NCBI GenBank assembly: GCA_963725395.1
Contig: CAVRYH010000013.1
Location: 163,720-227,719 of the forward strand
Length of the DNA stretch: 64,000 nucleotides
Direction: 5' to 3'
Source: an uncultured Acidimicrobiales bacterium
GTDB taxonomy: Bacteria > Actinomycetota > Acidimicrobiia > Acidimicrobiales > RAAP-2
The number at the start of each line of letters is the position of its first letter. Within the stretch, counting starts at the first letter, position 1. Shown here piece after piece: positions 54,745 to 63,936 of the stretch. The notes under the pieces were generated by a model. The model did not search any database and had not been told where the DNA came from. It saw nothing but the letters and a program-made list of their open reading frames with translations. Made by a program: the position numbers and the translations under genes.

Positions 54745-55664
54745 GCAGGTACCTCCTCCTCGGCGCGAACGGCTTCCTCGGGAGCCAGGTACGTGAAGCC
54801 ATCGAGCGCTCCGGCGACTCGTCGTTCATGGTCGCCGTAAGCGGCCACCAGCCGCGCCACCCGCTGCGGGCGACGTGCCACTGGCGCCGGATGGACCTAG
54901 TGCGGGCTTCGGTACAGGACTTCTCGGCCCTATTCGACTACAGCAAACCCGACGCCATCATCAACTGCGCCGGATCGACGTCGGGCTCCCCGCAGCTGCT
55001 CGAGGCCGTCAACACCACCGTCGTCGACAAACTGGTCAAGGCGCTGGCCGCCACCGAACCGATCCCCCTGGTCCACCTGGGTTCCGCCGCTGAGTACGGG
55101 TTCCAGCCCGAGGGCATCGCCATCACCGAGACGGCTACCGCCCGACCGGTCGGCGACTACGGGCGGACCAAGCTGGTGGCCACCGAACTGGTGCGGGACA
55201 TGGTCGATCGCGGTGCCATCCGCGCCACCGTGCTCCGTGTGTTCAACCCGGTGGGGAGGAGGGCCCCGGCCAACTCACTGGCCGGAACCGCGGTCCGTGA
55301 GATCCGCCGGGCCCTGGCCACCAACAAGTCGTTCATCACACTCGGCTCGCTCTGCTCGTATCGGGACTTCCTTTCCACGAACGATGTCGTCTCCGCTGCC
55401 CTCCGGGCGGCCCACTGTGCCGACACGCCCCCGATCCTGAACGTCGGACGGGGAGTGGCCATGTCGTGTCGGTCGATGGTCGAACTCCTCGCCGCCGCCG
55501 CCGGGTTCGACGGTGACGTCTTCGAGACAGAGAGCGGGTCCAGGCGGTCGGCGGCGGTGCCGTGGCAGAAGGCCAGCGTCACCCTGCTCCGGGAGCACCT
55601 GCAGTGGGTTCCCACCACCTCGATCTCCGAAGCTATGTCCGACCTCTGGCAGTCAGGGAGCTGA
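54741..55664 (+). CDS. NAD-dependent epimerase/dehydratase family protein (SDR)
   Basis: The GTG at 54741 overlaps the upstream stop as GTGA. LLLGANGFLGSQV (GxxGxxG) and YGRTK (YxxxK) are present. The track ORF from 54237 is shadow upstream. Confidence 0.75.
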   Translation: MSRYLLLGANGFLGSQVREAIERSGDSSFMVAVSGHQPRHPLRATCHWRRMDLVRASVQDFSALFDYSKPDAIINCAGSTSGSPQLLEAVNTTVVDKLVKALAATEPIPLVHLGSAAEYGFQPEGIAITETATARPVGDYGRTKLVATELVRDMVDRGAIRATVLRVFNPVGRRAPANSLAGTAVREIRRALATNKSFITLGSLCSYRDFLSTNDVVSAALRAAHCADTPPILNVGRGVAMSCRSMVELLAAAAGFDGDVFETESGSRRSAAVPWQKASVTLLREHLQWVPTTSISEAMSDLWQSGS

Positions 55665-55667
55665 ACC

Positions 55668-57513
55668 ATGTGTGGAATCATTGGTGTCACCGGGGTCGAC
55701 GATGTGGTGGTCACCCTCCTCGAGGGGCTGGGCCGGCTGGAGTACCGCGGCTACGACTCGGCCGGCGTGGTGCTCACGGGTCGGGACGGCCTGTGGAGGT
55801 GCCGGGCTGCCGAGGGGACCCACTCCGTCCGTGATCTCCGTGGACTGGCGGAGCACGCCCCGACGGGGTCGGCCACCGGTGTCGGCCACACCCGCTGGGC
55901 CACCCACGGGCAGCCGACGACGGGCAACGCCCACCCGCACTTCGATTGCACCGGCCGGTTGGCCCTCGTGCACAACGGCATCATCGAGAACTATGTGGAG
56001 CTGGCCGACCGGTTGCTGGCTGCCGGGCACGTCCTCGAATCGCAGACCGATTCGGAGGTCCTCTGCCACCTGGTGGAATCCGAGATGGGCGACGGCGTGT
56101 GCCTGGCGGAAGGGGTTCGTCGGGCTTTGCGCCAGGTCCGCGGCTCCTACGCCGTGGCTGCAGTCCATGCGGACGAGACCGATCTGGTGGTCGCGGCACG
56201 GCGGATCTCGCCCCTGATTGTCGGCATCGGTGACGACGCGGTCGTTCCTGGCTTCGGACATCCCGGCCTTGCTCGGCTCCACCCGGCGCCTGTTCGCCAT
56301 CGAGGACGATCAGCTCGTGGAGCTCCGACCCGGGACGATGCGGGTGACGGCTCTCGACGGCACCCCGGTCGAGGCGACCGCGCTCACCATCGACTGGGAC
56401 GTCGCCGCTTCCCAGCAGGGCGGATTCGACGACTTCATGACCAAGGAGATCCATGAGCAGCCGAAGGCGGTGGCCGACACGTTGCTCGGCCGGTGCCGGC
56501 AGGACGGGGCACTGGTCCTCGACGAGGCGTCCGGTCTGGGTGCCGATGAGCTCGCTGCCGTCGAGCGCGTGTGCATCGTCGCCTGCGGAAGCAGCTATCA
56601 CGCAGCGCTGGTGGGCAAGTTCGCCATCGAGAAATGGGCGCGACTGCCCACCCAGGTCGACATCGCTAGCGAGTTCCGCTACCGAGATCCCGTCCTCGAC
56701 CACGGGACACTGACCATCGGGGTGAGCCAGTCCGGCGAGACGGTGGACACCCTGCAGGGTCTCCGTCAGGCCCGTTCCCTCGGGTCGAAGGTGCTGGTCG
56801 TCTCCAATGTGGTGGATTCGTCGATGGCCCGTGAGGCCGACGGCGTCCTCTACACCAGGGCCGGCCCGGAGATCGGCGTGGCGGCCACCAAGACCTATCT
56901 CACTCAGATCGTGGCCCTCGAGCTGCTGGCCCTGGTACTGGCCCAGGCCCGGGGGACCCTTTCTCCGGCCGGCGTTGCCGTCCTCATGGACCAGATGCTC
57001 GGACTGCCCGGTCTGCTCGACTCGGCACTGGAGCGGACCAAGGACGTGGCTGCGGTGGCCGAGGAGCTGTCCGACGCCCGGGACTTCTTCTTCCTCGGGC
57101 GCCACGTCGGCCATCCGGTGGCCATGGAGGGGGCACTGAAGTTGAAGGAGATCTCGTATCTCCGGGCCGAGGGGTATCCGGGCGGTGAGCTGAAGCACGG
57201 GCCCATCGCGCTCATCGAGCCGGGCACGGTGGTGGTGGGCGTGGCCACCCGCAACGTCCTGTGGGAGAAGATGTGCTCGAACATCCAGGAGGTGAAGAGT
57301 CGCGGGGCGACCATCGTCCTGGTTGGGAACGATGACGATGAGCAGACCGCACAGCTGGCCGACCACATGCTATGGGTGCCCCGCACCGAGCCGATGCTGT
57401 CGCCGGTGGTCGACGCCATCCCCCTGCAGTTCCTCGCCTACTGGCTGGCCAGGGCCCACGGTCACGACGTGGACCGACCCCGCAACCTGGCCAAGACGGT
57501 GACCGTGGAGTGA
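55668..57513 (+). pseudogene. glmS: glutamine--fructose-6-phosphate aminotransferase, frame broken by one extra nt near 56244
   Basis: MCGIIG (Ntn Cys), RGYDSAG and HTRWATHG carry frame 0 up to ..PLIVGIGDDAV. The protein continues as FLASDIPALL... in frame +1 through the two SIS domains to the C-terminal LAKTVTVE. Removing 1 nt at 56241-56244 gives a continuous, full-length GlmS. Confidence 0.8.
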
Positions 57514-57712
57514 GCCATGACGGTGTGGCCGCGGGGTGAGAGGCTGGTCCGGACCACCGGTCACTCTGCTTGGTGTCGGAAGTGCCGGAGGGGCACGGGG
57601 GTTCGATCGAAACGATGCGAGGACGACGGATGGAACTTCGAGGATGGCGGTGGCGGGGCTGGGTCCACGGTCTCGATCCCGTGGCGTCGACTGATCCCTC
57701 GCGCCGCTGTTG

Positions 57713-58659
57713 ATGCCCGGCCGGGTGGGCCGCGTCGCGGTCTTGGTCGTGGTGCTGGCCGTAGTGTGCATCGTGGTCATCCAGGTGCTGCCGTCGGGAT
57801 CGACCGCCTCCCGACGCTCGAACGACGAAGGGGATTCCGGCCTCGTGCAGCGACTCGCGGTACCCGCTTACATCGACCCGGCGAGCGATCCCGGGGCGTG
57901 GGTCCAGCTGTCCGGCTCGCATGCGGTGGGGCTCGTCGTCGCCAACGTGAGCAACGGACCCGGAACGCAGGCCGTGCCGGCATGGTCCACGGCCATCCAC
58001 CGGGCCCACCTGGCGGGCACCACGGTGCTGGGCTATGTCGACACCGGTTACCTCGGACGTCCGAACGGGGACCGGTCGGCTGGGCTGGTCACCAGATCCG
58101 GTTCGACCGGCTTCACCGCGTGGATCAGACAGATCGAGGGCGACATCGAGGCGTGGTACGAGTTCTACGGGTCCGACATCGGTGGGATCTTCATGGACCA
58201 GACCCCCAGCGAGTGCGGGCCCACCGCGTCCTCGACGCTGTACGCCGAACAGTACCGGGCCCTGACCGCCTTCGTCAGGGAGTTGCGGCCCGGCGCCGTG
58301 ACCGCGCTCAATCCCGGGACAGCGGTCGGGCAGTGCTTCGAGGACTCCGCAGACGTGCTGGTGACGTTTGAGGGCACCTACGGGGAGTACACCGACACCG
58401 GTGGCTCGCCCAACGAGGCCTATCGGCCTCTGGACTGGACGGCGGGAGGGCCCGGAAAGACATGGCACATCATCTACGGCGCGGGCACCGTGGCGGAGAT
58501 GCGGCACGCGTTGGCATTGAGCAGGGTCAGGGGTGCAGGCTACGTCTTCGTGACCGACGCCGGGCCGCCTGACCCCTTCGACCAGCTTCCCCCCCCGCCT
58601 ACTGGTCGGCCGAGGAGAGTGCGGGCGCGGGAACCGCCTCGCTCAATCCGGCCACCTGA
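57713..58659 (+). pseudogene. spherulin-4 family (Sph3/GH135-like) protein, frame broken in a C8 tract
   Basis: An N-terminal TM anchor is followed by AVPAYIDP..DPGAW, VVANVSNGPG, VLGYVDTGY, GGIFMDQTP, ALNPG and VTFEGTY, a spherulin-4 pattern. After the C8 run (58589-58596) the track frame becomes Arg/Pro/Ser-rich and overlaps the convergent gene. The other frame reads AYWSAEESAGAGTASLNPAT and stops at 58659. Confidence 0.65.
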
Positions 58660-58677
58660 CCGGTCCGTCCGCCCCCG

Positions 58678-61600
58678 TCAGAGCGCCGAGGCGTCGAGCA
58701 GCTCCCCGCCGTCCCGGTCGTCGTCACCGAGGGCGAGGGCCAGGTTGCGGCGTGAGTCGACACCCAGCTTCCGGTAGGCCTTGGCCAGGTGCCCCTCGAC
58801 GGTCTTGACCGTGACATAGAGGTCGGCGGCGATCCCCTGGTTTGTCAGGCCGGTCGCCGCCAGGCGGGCCACGCGGCGCTCGGCCGGCGTGAGCGAGTCC
58901 GGCCCGATCGATCCGAGCCTCCTCGGCCGGGCGCCGGCGGCGCGGAGCTGGATGCCCGCCGCCTCCACCAGTTGATGAGCCCCACACAGTGATGCGAGGT
59001 TGGCCCCGCGCCGCAGGACGCCACGAGCCTCCTCTTTCTTCTTGCGCTCGACCAGCACCATGCCGAGCTCGACGAGCGCGTAGGCCGATTCGAGGCGAGC
59101 CGGCGATGGCTCCAACAGGTCGACCGCCTCGGTGAGCAACGCGGTCCGCTCCTCCAGGTCGGGCGTGGCCGCCGCTGACGCCCGCAGGGCGATGCCGAGA
59201 GAGCGGGTGGCCCCGAATGCCCGGGCCAGCTTGAGATGTTCGTCAGCCAGTCGCCCGGCTTCCGTCCACTCGCCCAGCGTCGACAGCACCATCGTCGCGT
59301 CGGCCCGCCACGAGTTGAGCGCCGGATTCACCAGACCGGCGCGCTGGGCGTCGCTCCCCGCCCCCATGAACTGTTCGAGACCCTCGCGGAGGAGGCCCCG
59401 CGCAACCAGCAGGCGGCCGCGCTCGACGCGGACGGTGGCTTCGAAGTTCGGCGACCCGTCCTGTTCGACCCGGAGGCGTTCCAGGATCCGCTCGGCCTCG
59501 TCGGTCCTTCCCTGGCGAAGCAGCGCGTCGGCGAGCCCGAGTGTCGGGCGGCTCTGTGCGCCACCCCCGAGCTGGATGCCGAGTCGCCTCCCGCGACGGT
59601 AGACTTCCTCCGCCGCGGTCAGCGACCCCTGCCATAGGAGTGAGGTCGCTGACAGGAGCGAAGCGCGCTGCTCGAAGGCGGTGAGCCCACGATCACGGGC
59701 ATGACGAAGAGGAGAGGCGAGAAGTTCGTCGACCACCGTGAACCGATCGGTGCACAGCAGGCCGAAGAAGGTCATCGACTGGATCTCCACGACGACCGGG
59801 TCGGAGCTGAACAGCTGCTCGGCGTCGACCGCCTGCTCGAGTACCACGGCCAGCTCGTCGGCCGTGACCGACGCGCCACCGGCGGCCTCGTGGAGGCTGA
59901 TGAAGTTCCGGGCCAGGCGGACGATGGCCGAGTCGGAATCACGCGCCGCGCCGGGCGCGGCAACCAACGCCGTCAGCCCCGACAGGTTCTGGCTCCGCTC
60001 CGCCGGCCGTCCCGACCTCATGGCCAGCGTCAGCTCGAACTCGACGCGGAGATCGTGGTCGACGCCTTCGAGCCGGTCGCCGAGCCCTTGGACGGCCCGC
60101 ACCGTCTCCTCCCGCAGGGAAGGTGCCTGGGACAGGTTCCGGAGCAGTCCCACGGCGAGCTCGATGACCTCGGTGTCCTCGGTGCCACCGAGCTCGAGGG
60201 CCCGGCGGAAGTGGGGGAGTGCCGTGGATTGGCTGCTGGCCAGTTCCGCCGAGGCGAGATCGAGATAGAGACCACCCCCGCGGGAAGCCGGTGGTGACTC
60301 CACCAGGGCGCGGTTGAGGCAACGGAGCGCCAGGGCGAGGTCACCGGCTTCCCGTGCCACACGGCCCATCCGATGGAGCCGTTCGGCGGTCTGGGCGTCA
60401 CCGACGGGCTCGGTGGCCAACAGGTGCTCGGCGACCGTCGCGTCGGCATCTCCCTGCTCACTGAGCAGTTCCGCGGCACGGGCGTGGAGGTGTGAGCGCC
60501 GGGCCGTCGGGATGTCCCGGTAGATGGCCCATCGGATCAGCGGTGAACTGAACGCAAAGGGCCGGCCCGGTCGGAAGAGCTCCATGTGGGCCGCAGCATC
60601 GGCGGCCCGTTCCGCGGCCAGCGGATCGATCTTCGCCAGGGTACGGGCAACCGTCGGATCCGCGCCGTCGCCGAGGATGGCACAGGCCTGCAGGAGATCG
60701 GAGGCGGCCACCGGAAGTTGAGCCAACCGGGCCAGGACGAACTGGGTGATCTTCGGTGCCGGTACGCGCTCGACGAGTCCGGCCATGTCGGCCACGGGGC
60801 GGACGTCGTGGCGCGTCAGACACGGGAGCAGTGTCTTGACGAACAAGGGCATGCCGAGCGTCGCCTTCACGCACGCCGTCACAAAAGCCGGGTCCGGCTC
60901 CTGACCGAAGAAACCCGAGAGCATGAGAGCCACACTGTCGTACTGCAGCGGCTCGAGGATGAACTGGCGCGTCTCCGGGTCGGTGAGCAACCCGTCGACC
61001 GGCCGCACTCCCTCGCCCGGATGGAGAGGTCGGGCACTGACCAGGAGCCAGACCTGCTGGTTCTCCAGGCGACGCACCATGTACCGGAGGGTGGCCAGGG
61101 TCTCGCGGTCGGCCAGGTCGGCGTCGTCCACCGCCAGCAGGACCGGTGCGGTGGCCCGGAGGGAGAGGACCAGGGTATGGAATAGATGGCTGACTTCCGC
61201 CGGGTCATGGCGGTCGGTCTCCGATGAAGCCAAGCGCTCCCAGAGAGAGTTCGCCTGACGGGATGCCGCTTGGTTCTCGCCGGCGGACGCCACGGCGGAT
61301 TCGACCAGTTTGCCGAGGACCGAGAAGGGAATCTGCTTCTCGACGTCGCCCCCTCTGGCCCGGAGGACGACGCACTCGGCATTGCCGGCCACCTCGCAGG
61401 CGGCATTGACCAATGCGGTTCTCCCCGACCCCCACGGTCCCTCGATGGCGATGCACCGGCTGGGAACCTGCAGGGTCCTGGTGAAGATGGCCTCGAACTC
61501 GCGGAGCAGAGGCTCGCGCTCGAGCAACCGGGGACCCGACTCACTAGTCGAACGACGATCGGTTGCCGGGGTGGTCAGGTCAGAGATGGCCACGATCGCC

Positions 61601-61824
61601 CCCTGCCGTCCGATGCAGCCGCACACAGCCCAACGCCAATCAGTCGACCCAGAGAACGGACCGGCGCGTGCCTCGATGGCCCACACCCCTTCGGCCCGTT
61701 CGTCGACCCGCGACCCCCACCGTCGATGACGGTCCCCGCCCTGATCGTCGCTGTTGCGTATTGCATTGGAAGCAGCCCTGCCCGCTGGATCGTTTGCTTT
61801 TTCGATTGTTCGAAAACCGGGCAC
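58678..61824 (-). CDS. large ATP-binding LuxR-family regulator (LAL/MalT-like: AAA/STAND NTPase + helical repeats + C-terminal HTH)
   Basis: Walker A IEGPWGSGRTAL, Walker B-like VLLAVDDADLAD, a long TPR-like helical region, and the C-terminal LTPAERRVARLAATGLTNQGIAADLYVTVKTVEGHLAKAYRKLGV. The start is uncertain; an in-frame GTG at 61593 is more plausible than 61824. Confidence 0.8.
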   Translation of the reverse strand: MPGFRTIEKANDPAGRAASNAIRNSDDQGGDRHRRWGSRVDERAEGVWAIEARAGPFSGSTDWRWAVCGCIGRQGAIVAISDLTTPATDRRSTSESGPRLLEREPLLREFEAIFTRTLQVPSRCIAIEGPWGSGRTALVNAACEVAGNAECVVLRARGGDVEKQIPFSVLGKLVESAVASAGENQAASRQANSLWERLASSETDRHDPAEVSHLFHTLVLSLRATAPVLLAVDDADLADRETLATLRYMVRRLENQQVWLLVSARPLHPGEGVRPVDGLLTDPETRQFILEPLQYDSVALMLSGFFGQEPDPAFVTACVKATLGMPLFVKTLLPCLTRHDVRPVADMAGLVERVPAPKITQFVLARLAQLPVAASDLLQACAILGDGADPTVARTLAKIDPLAAERAADAAAHMELFRPGRPFAFSSPLIRWAIYRDIPTARRSHLHARAAELLSEQGDADATVAEHLLATEPVGDAQTAERLHRMGRVAREAGDLALALRCLNRALVESPPASRGGGLYLDLASAELASSQSTALPHFRRALELGGTEDTEVIELAVGLLRNLSQAPSLREETVRAVQGLGDRLEGVDHDLRVEFELTLAMRSGRPAERSQNLSGLTALVAAPGAARDSDSAIVRLARNFISLHEAAGGASVTADELAVVLEQAVDAEQLFSSDPVVVEIQSMTFFGLLCTDRFTVVDELLASPLRHARDRGLTAFEQRASLLSATSLLWQGSLTAAEEVYRRGRRLGIQLGGGAQSRPTLGLADALLRQGRTDEAERILERLRVEQDGSPNFEATVRVERGRLLVARGLLREGLEQFMGAGSDAQRAGLVNPALNSWRADATMVLSTLGEWTEAGRLADEHLKLARAFGATRSLGIALRASAAATPDLEERTALLTEAVDLLEPSPARLESAYALVELGMVLVERKKKEEARGVLRRGANLASLCGAHQLVEAAGIQLRAAGARPRRLGSIGPDSLTPAERRVARLAATGLTNQGIAADLYVTVKTVEGHLAKAYRKLGVDSRRNLALALGDDDRDGGELLDASAL

Positions 61825-62049
61825 GAGATGCCCAAGTGGAATTGTAGGGCATGGCCTATGACCGGCGCAATTGGCCCGATATCACGCCATGGGTCGCCGA
61901 ACTCGGGATCCGACGACCGACCCTCATACCGCTCCGACAACTGACCCTCGATACCAATCAGGACTACCAGTGCATGCCCTGAGCTGGTTGTCGACGATGC
62001 CTCGCGACATCGTCGCTTATGTCGCGCGAGATCACAAAGCGGAGGGAGT

Positions 62050-62134
62050 GGGATTCGAACCCACGGTGCCTTGCGACACAACGGTTTTCGAGACCGTCCG
62101 ATTCGTCCGCTCTCGCATCCCTCCTGAACTGGGA
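62050..62134 (-). tRNA. tRNA-Ser (anticodon CGA), CCA not encoded
   Basis: Hand fold on the minus strand: GGAGGGA-TG-CGA-GAGCGGACGAA-TCG-G-ACGGT-CTCGAAA-ACCGT-T-GTGTC-GCAA-GGCAC-C-GTGGG-TTCGAAT-CCCAC-TCCCTCC-G. It has the long variable arm typical of class II tRNA. Confidence 0.85.
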
Positions 62135-62146
62135 CTCTGCAGTTCC

Positions 62147-62179
62147 AGCACTGCAGTTCCAGCACTGCGCCGAACCGGC
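62147..62179. repeat. 14-bp tandem repeat CTGCAGTTCCAGCA x2.4
   Basis: Read directly from the sequence. It lies 13 nt upstream of the tRNA-Ser 5' end. Confidence 0.9.
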
Positions 62180-62304
62180 CGGCGTCGTGACCTCATCACC
62201 GCAACGCCGTGGTGGTGGGCCGAGAGGGCGGGGCCAGATCGGTAAGGCCCGTGAGCATAGTCGCGACCCAACCGATCGAAGGTGTGCGAGGAGCACGCCG
62301 GGGT

Positions 62305-62607
62305 TTATCGGGCCGCGCGCCTTGCCTTCGGCCGCGGGCGGGCCAGCACGTCCAGGACCTCACCGATGGCCTGATCCCGGTCGGTGGCCTCGGGGAGCGG
62401 AAGGTGGTGCTGCAGCTGGTAGCGGTTGCGCCGGCCCACCCGCTCCTTCACGAGGTAGCCGCCCTCGACCAAGTCGTTGACGACGGCGTAGGCACTGCGT
62501 TCGGTGATGCCGAGCTGGGCGGCGATCTCGCGTAGGCGGATCGCCGGATCGTGGGCGATACACAGCAGCGCGCGACCGTGTGTGCTGAGAAACGTCCACC
62601 TGGCCAT
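62305..62607 (-). CDS. winged-helix (MarR/ArsR-like) transcriptional regulator
   Basis: A 100-aa protein. IRLREIAAQLGITERSAYAVVNDLVEGGYLVKERVGRRNRY is an HTH-plus-wing pattern. It is divergent from the DUF3494 gene. Confidence 0.7.
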   Translation of the reverse strand: MARWTFLSTHGRALLCIAHDPAIRLREIAAQLGITERSAYAVVNDLVEGGYLVKERVGRRNRYQLQHHLPLPEATDRDQAIGEVLDVLARPRPKARRAAR

Positions 62608-62736
62608 GGAGGGAAAGATAACAGAAAATACAAGAAATAAGTTGCTGGAAACAATCTACGCAAGTATTCTGGTGATGCAGCCCGGACGTCCGTCGCCGAC
62701 GGTTATCTATTTCGGGTGTGCACGAAGGGGGCCGCC

Positions 62737-63936
62737 ATGCGGTCGAACCGGTTCACCTTGCTCCAAGTTCTCTCGCGCCCTGATCGTCGGAGGGGGGAGC
62801 TGCACCCCGCTCGCTCGCGTGGCTCTGGGCCCGGCCGGAGAGCTGCGCTGTCGGTGGCCGGTGGCCTGGCATGCTCGCTCGTGTTGCTCAGCACGGCCTT
62901 CGCCGTTCCGGCGTCGGCCGCGCAGAAGGTGCAGCTGGGGACAGTGACACCGTTCGCCGTACTGGGCGCCAGCGCGGTCACCGACATCCCAACTTCGGCC
63001 ATCACCGGTGACGTCGGCCTGACCGCGAACGCAGGGACCGGCTATACCGGGCTGACCAAGGCGGAGGTCACGGGGACGATCTATGCCACCAACGCCACCG
63101 GCCCGGCCGGCGACGTGGACGACCCCGCACTCCTGACCCAGGCGTCCAGCGACCTGACCACCGCATACAACGCGGCGGCAGGCCAGACCCCGGTCACCAC
63201 CTTCACCACCGGTGACAACCAGCTCGGTGGTCAGACCCTCACCGCCGGTGTCTATGCCTTCGGCGGTGCGAGCACGGCCAATCTCGTCGGGGGGAGCCCC
63301 CTGGTCCTGAACGGTGGGGGTGACCCCGACGCCGTGTTCGTCTTCCAGGCCTCGTCCACCCTCGTCACGGGCACCAGCAGCGTGGTGGAACTCGAGAACG
63401 GTGCGCAGGCCTGCAACGTGTTCTGGGATGTCGGCAGCTCGGCCACCCTGGGCTCGTCCAGCACCTTCGTCGGGACCGTGATGGCTGTGACCTCGGCCTC
63501 CCTGGGCTCCACCGCCACGGTGGAGGGCCGGATCCTGGCCGAGACCGGGGCAGTCACGCTCGATGCCGACACCATCACCGCCCCCTCGGGCTGCACCGTC
63601 GCCGCCTCGACGTCGCCCACCACCACTGCCGTGGTGGCCACGGCGGCGACCACCGGCACCGGCTCGTCGACTGGTGCGACCGGCTCGGCCAGCGGCAACG
63701 GCGCTGCGGCGGCGACAGGCAGCTCCGCGGGCGGGACCTCGGGCTCGACGGCGTCCACCACGAGCGGGGTCGTCCCGGTCGGCTTTCCCCACACTGGTCT
63801 CGGTGGAGCGGCCCACGCACGGTATGACGACGTGATCGCACTCGGGGTGGCGGCACTCGTGGGTTCGGCGGGCGCCTTCGGCCTCGCCTACCGCAGACGG
63901 CGCCCCCTGCAGCGCGGCGTCGGAACCAGCGGGTAG
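62737..63936 (+). CDS. ice-binding-like (DUF3494) secreted protein with C-terminal sorting-signal-like tail
   Basis: The ATG at 62737 lies 5 nt after GAAGGGGG. LGT...FAVLGASAVT....S.ITGDVG, L.AGVY.F......L.G...L.G.GD.DAVFVFQ..S.L.T, NGAQACNVFW.VGSSATLG and GRILA..GAVTLD..TI are DUF3494 motifs. A Thr/Ser/Gly-rich linker follows, then FPHTG + hydrophobic helix + RRRR. Confidence 0.8.
   Translation: MRSNRFTLLQVLSRPDRRRGELHPARSRGSGPGRRAALSVAGGLACSLVLLSTAFAVPASAAQKVQLGTVTPFAVLGASAVTDIPTSAITGDVGLTANAGTGYTGLTKAEVTGTIYATNATGPAGDVDDPALLTQASSDLTTAYNAAAGQTPVTTFTTGDNQLGGQTLTAGVYAFGGASTANLVGGSPLVLNGGGDPDAVFVFQASSTLVTGTSSVVELENGAQACNVFWDVGSSATLGSSSTFVGTVMAVTSASLGSTATVEGRILAETGAVTLDADTITAPSGCTVAASTSPTTTAVVATAATTGTGSSTGATGSASGNGAAAATGSSAGGTSGSTASTTSGVVPVGFPHTGLGGAAHARYDDVIALGVAALVGSAGAFGLAYRRRRPLQRGVGTSG

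Noticed and set aside
58660-58777. C-terminal 40 codons of track ORF 57710..58777 as real coding sequence
   Set aside because: The composition is Arg/Pro/Ser-rich after the C8 tract, and the stretch overlaps the convergent regulator gene by 100 nt. The alternative frame gives a family-like ending and a stop at 58659.
61871-62480. ORFs 61871..62245 (+), 61964..62296 (-) and 62019..62480 (+)
   Set aside because: They overlap the well-folded tRNA-Ser gene and its flanks. Their translations are shadow-like.
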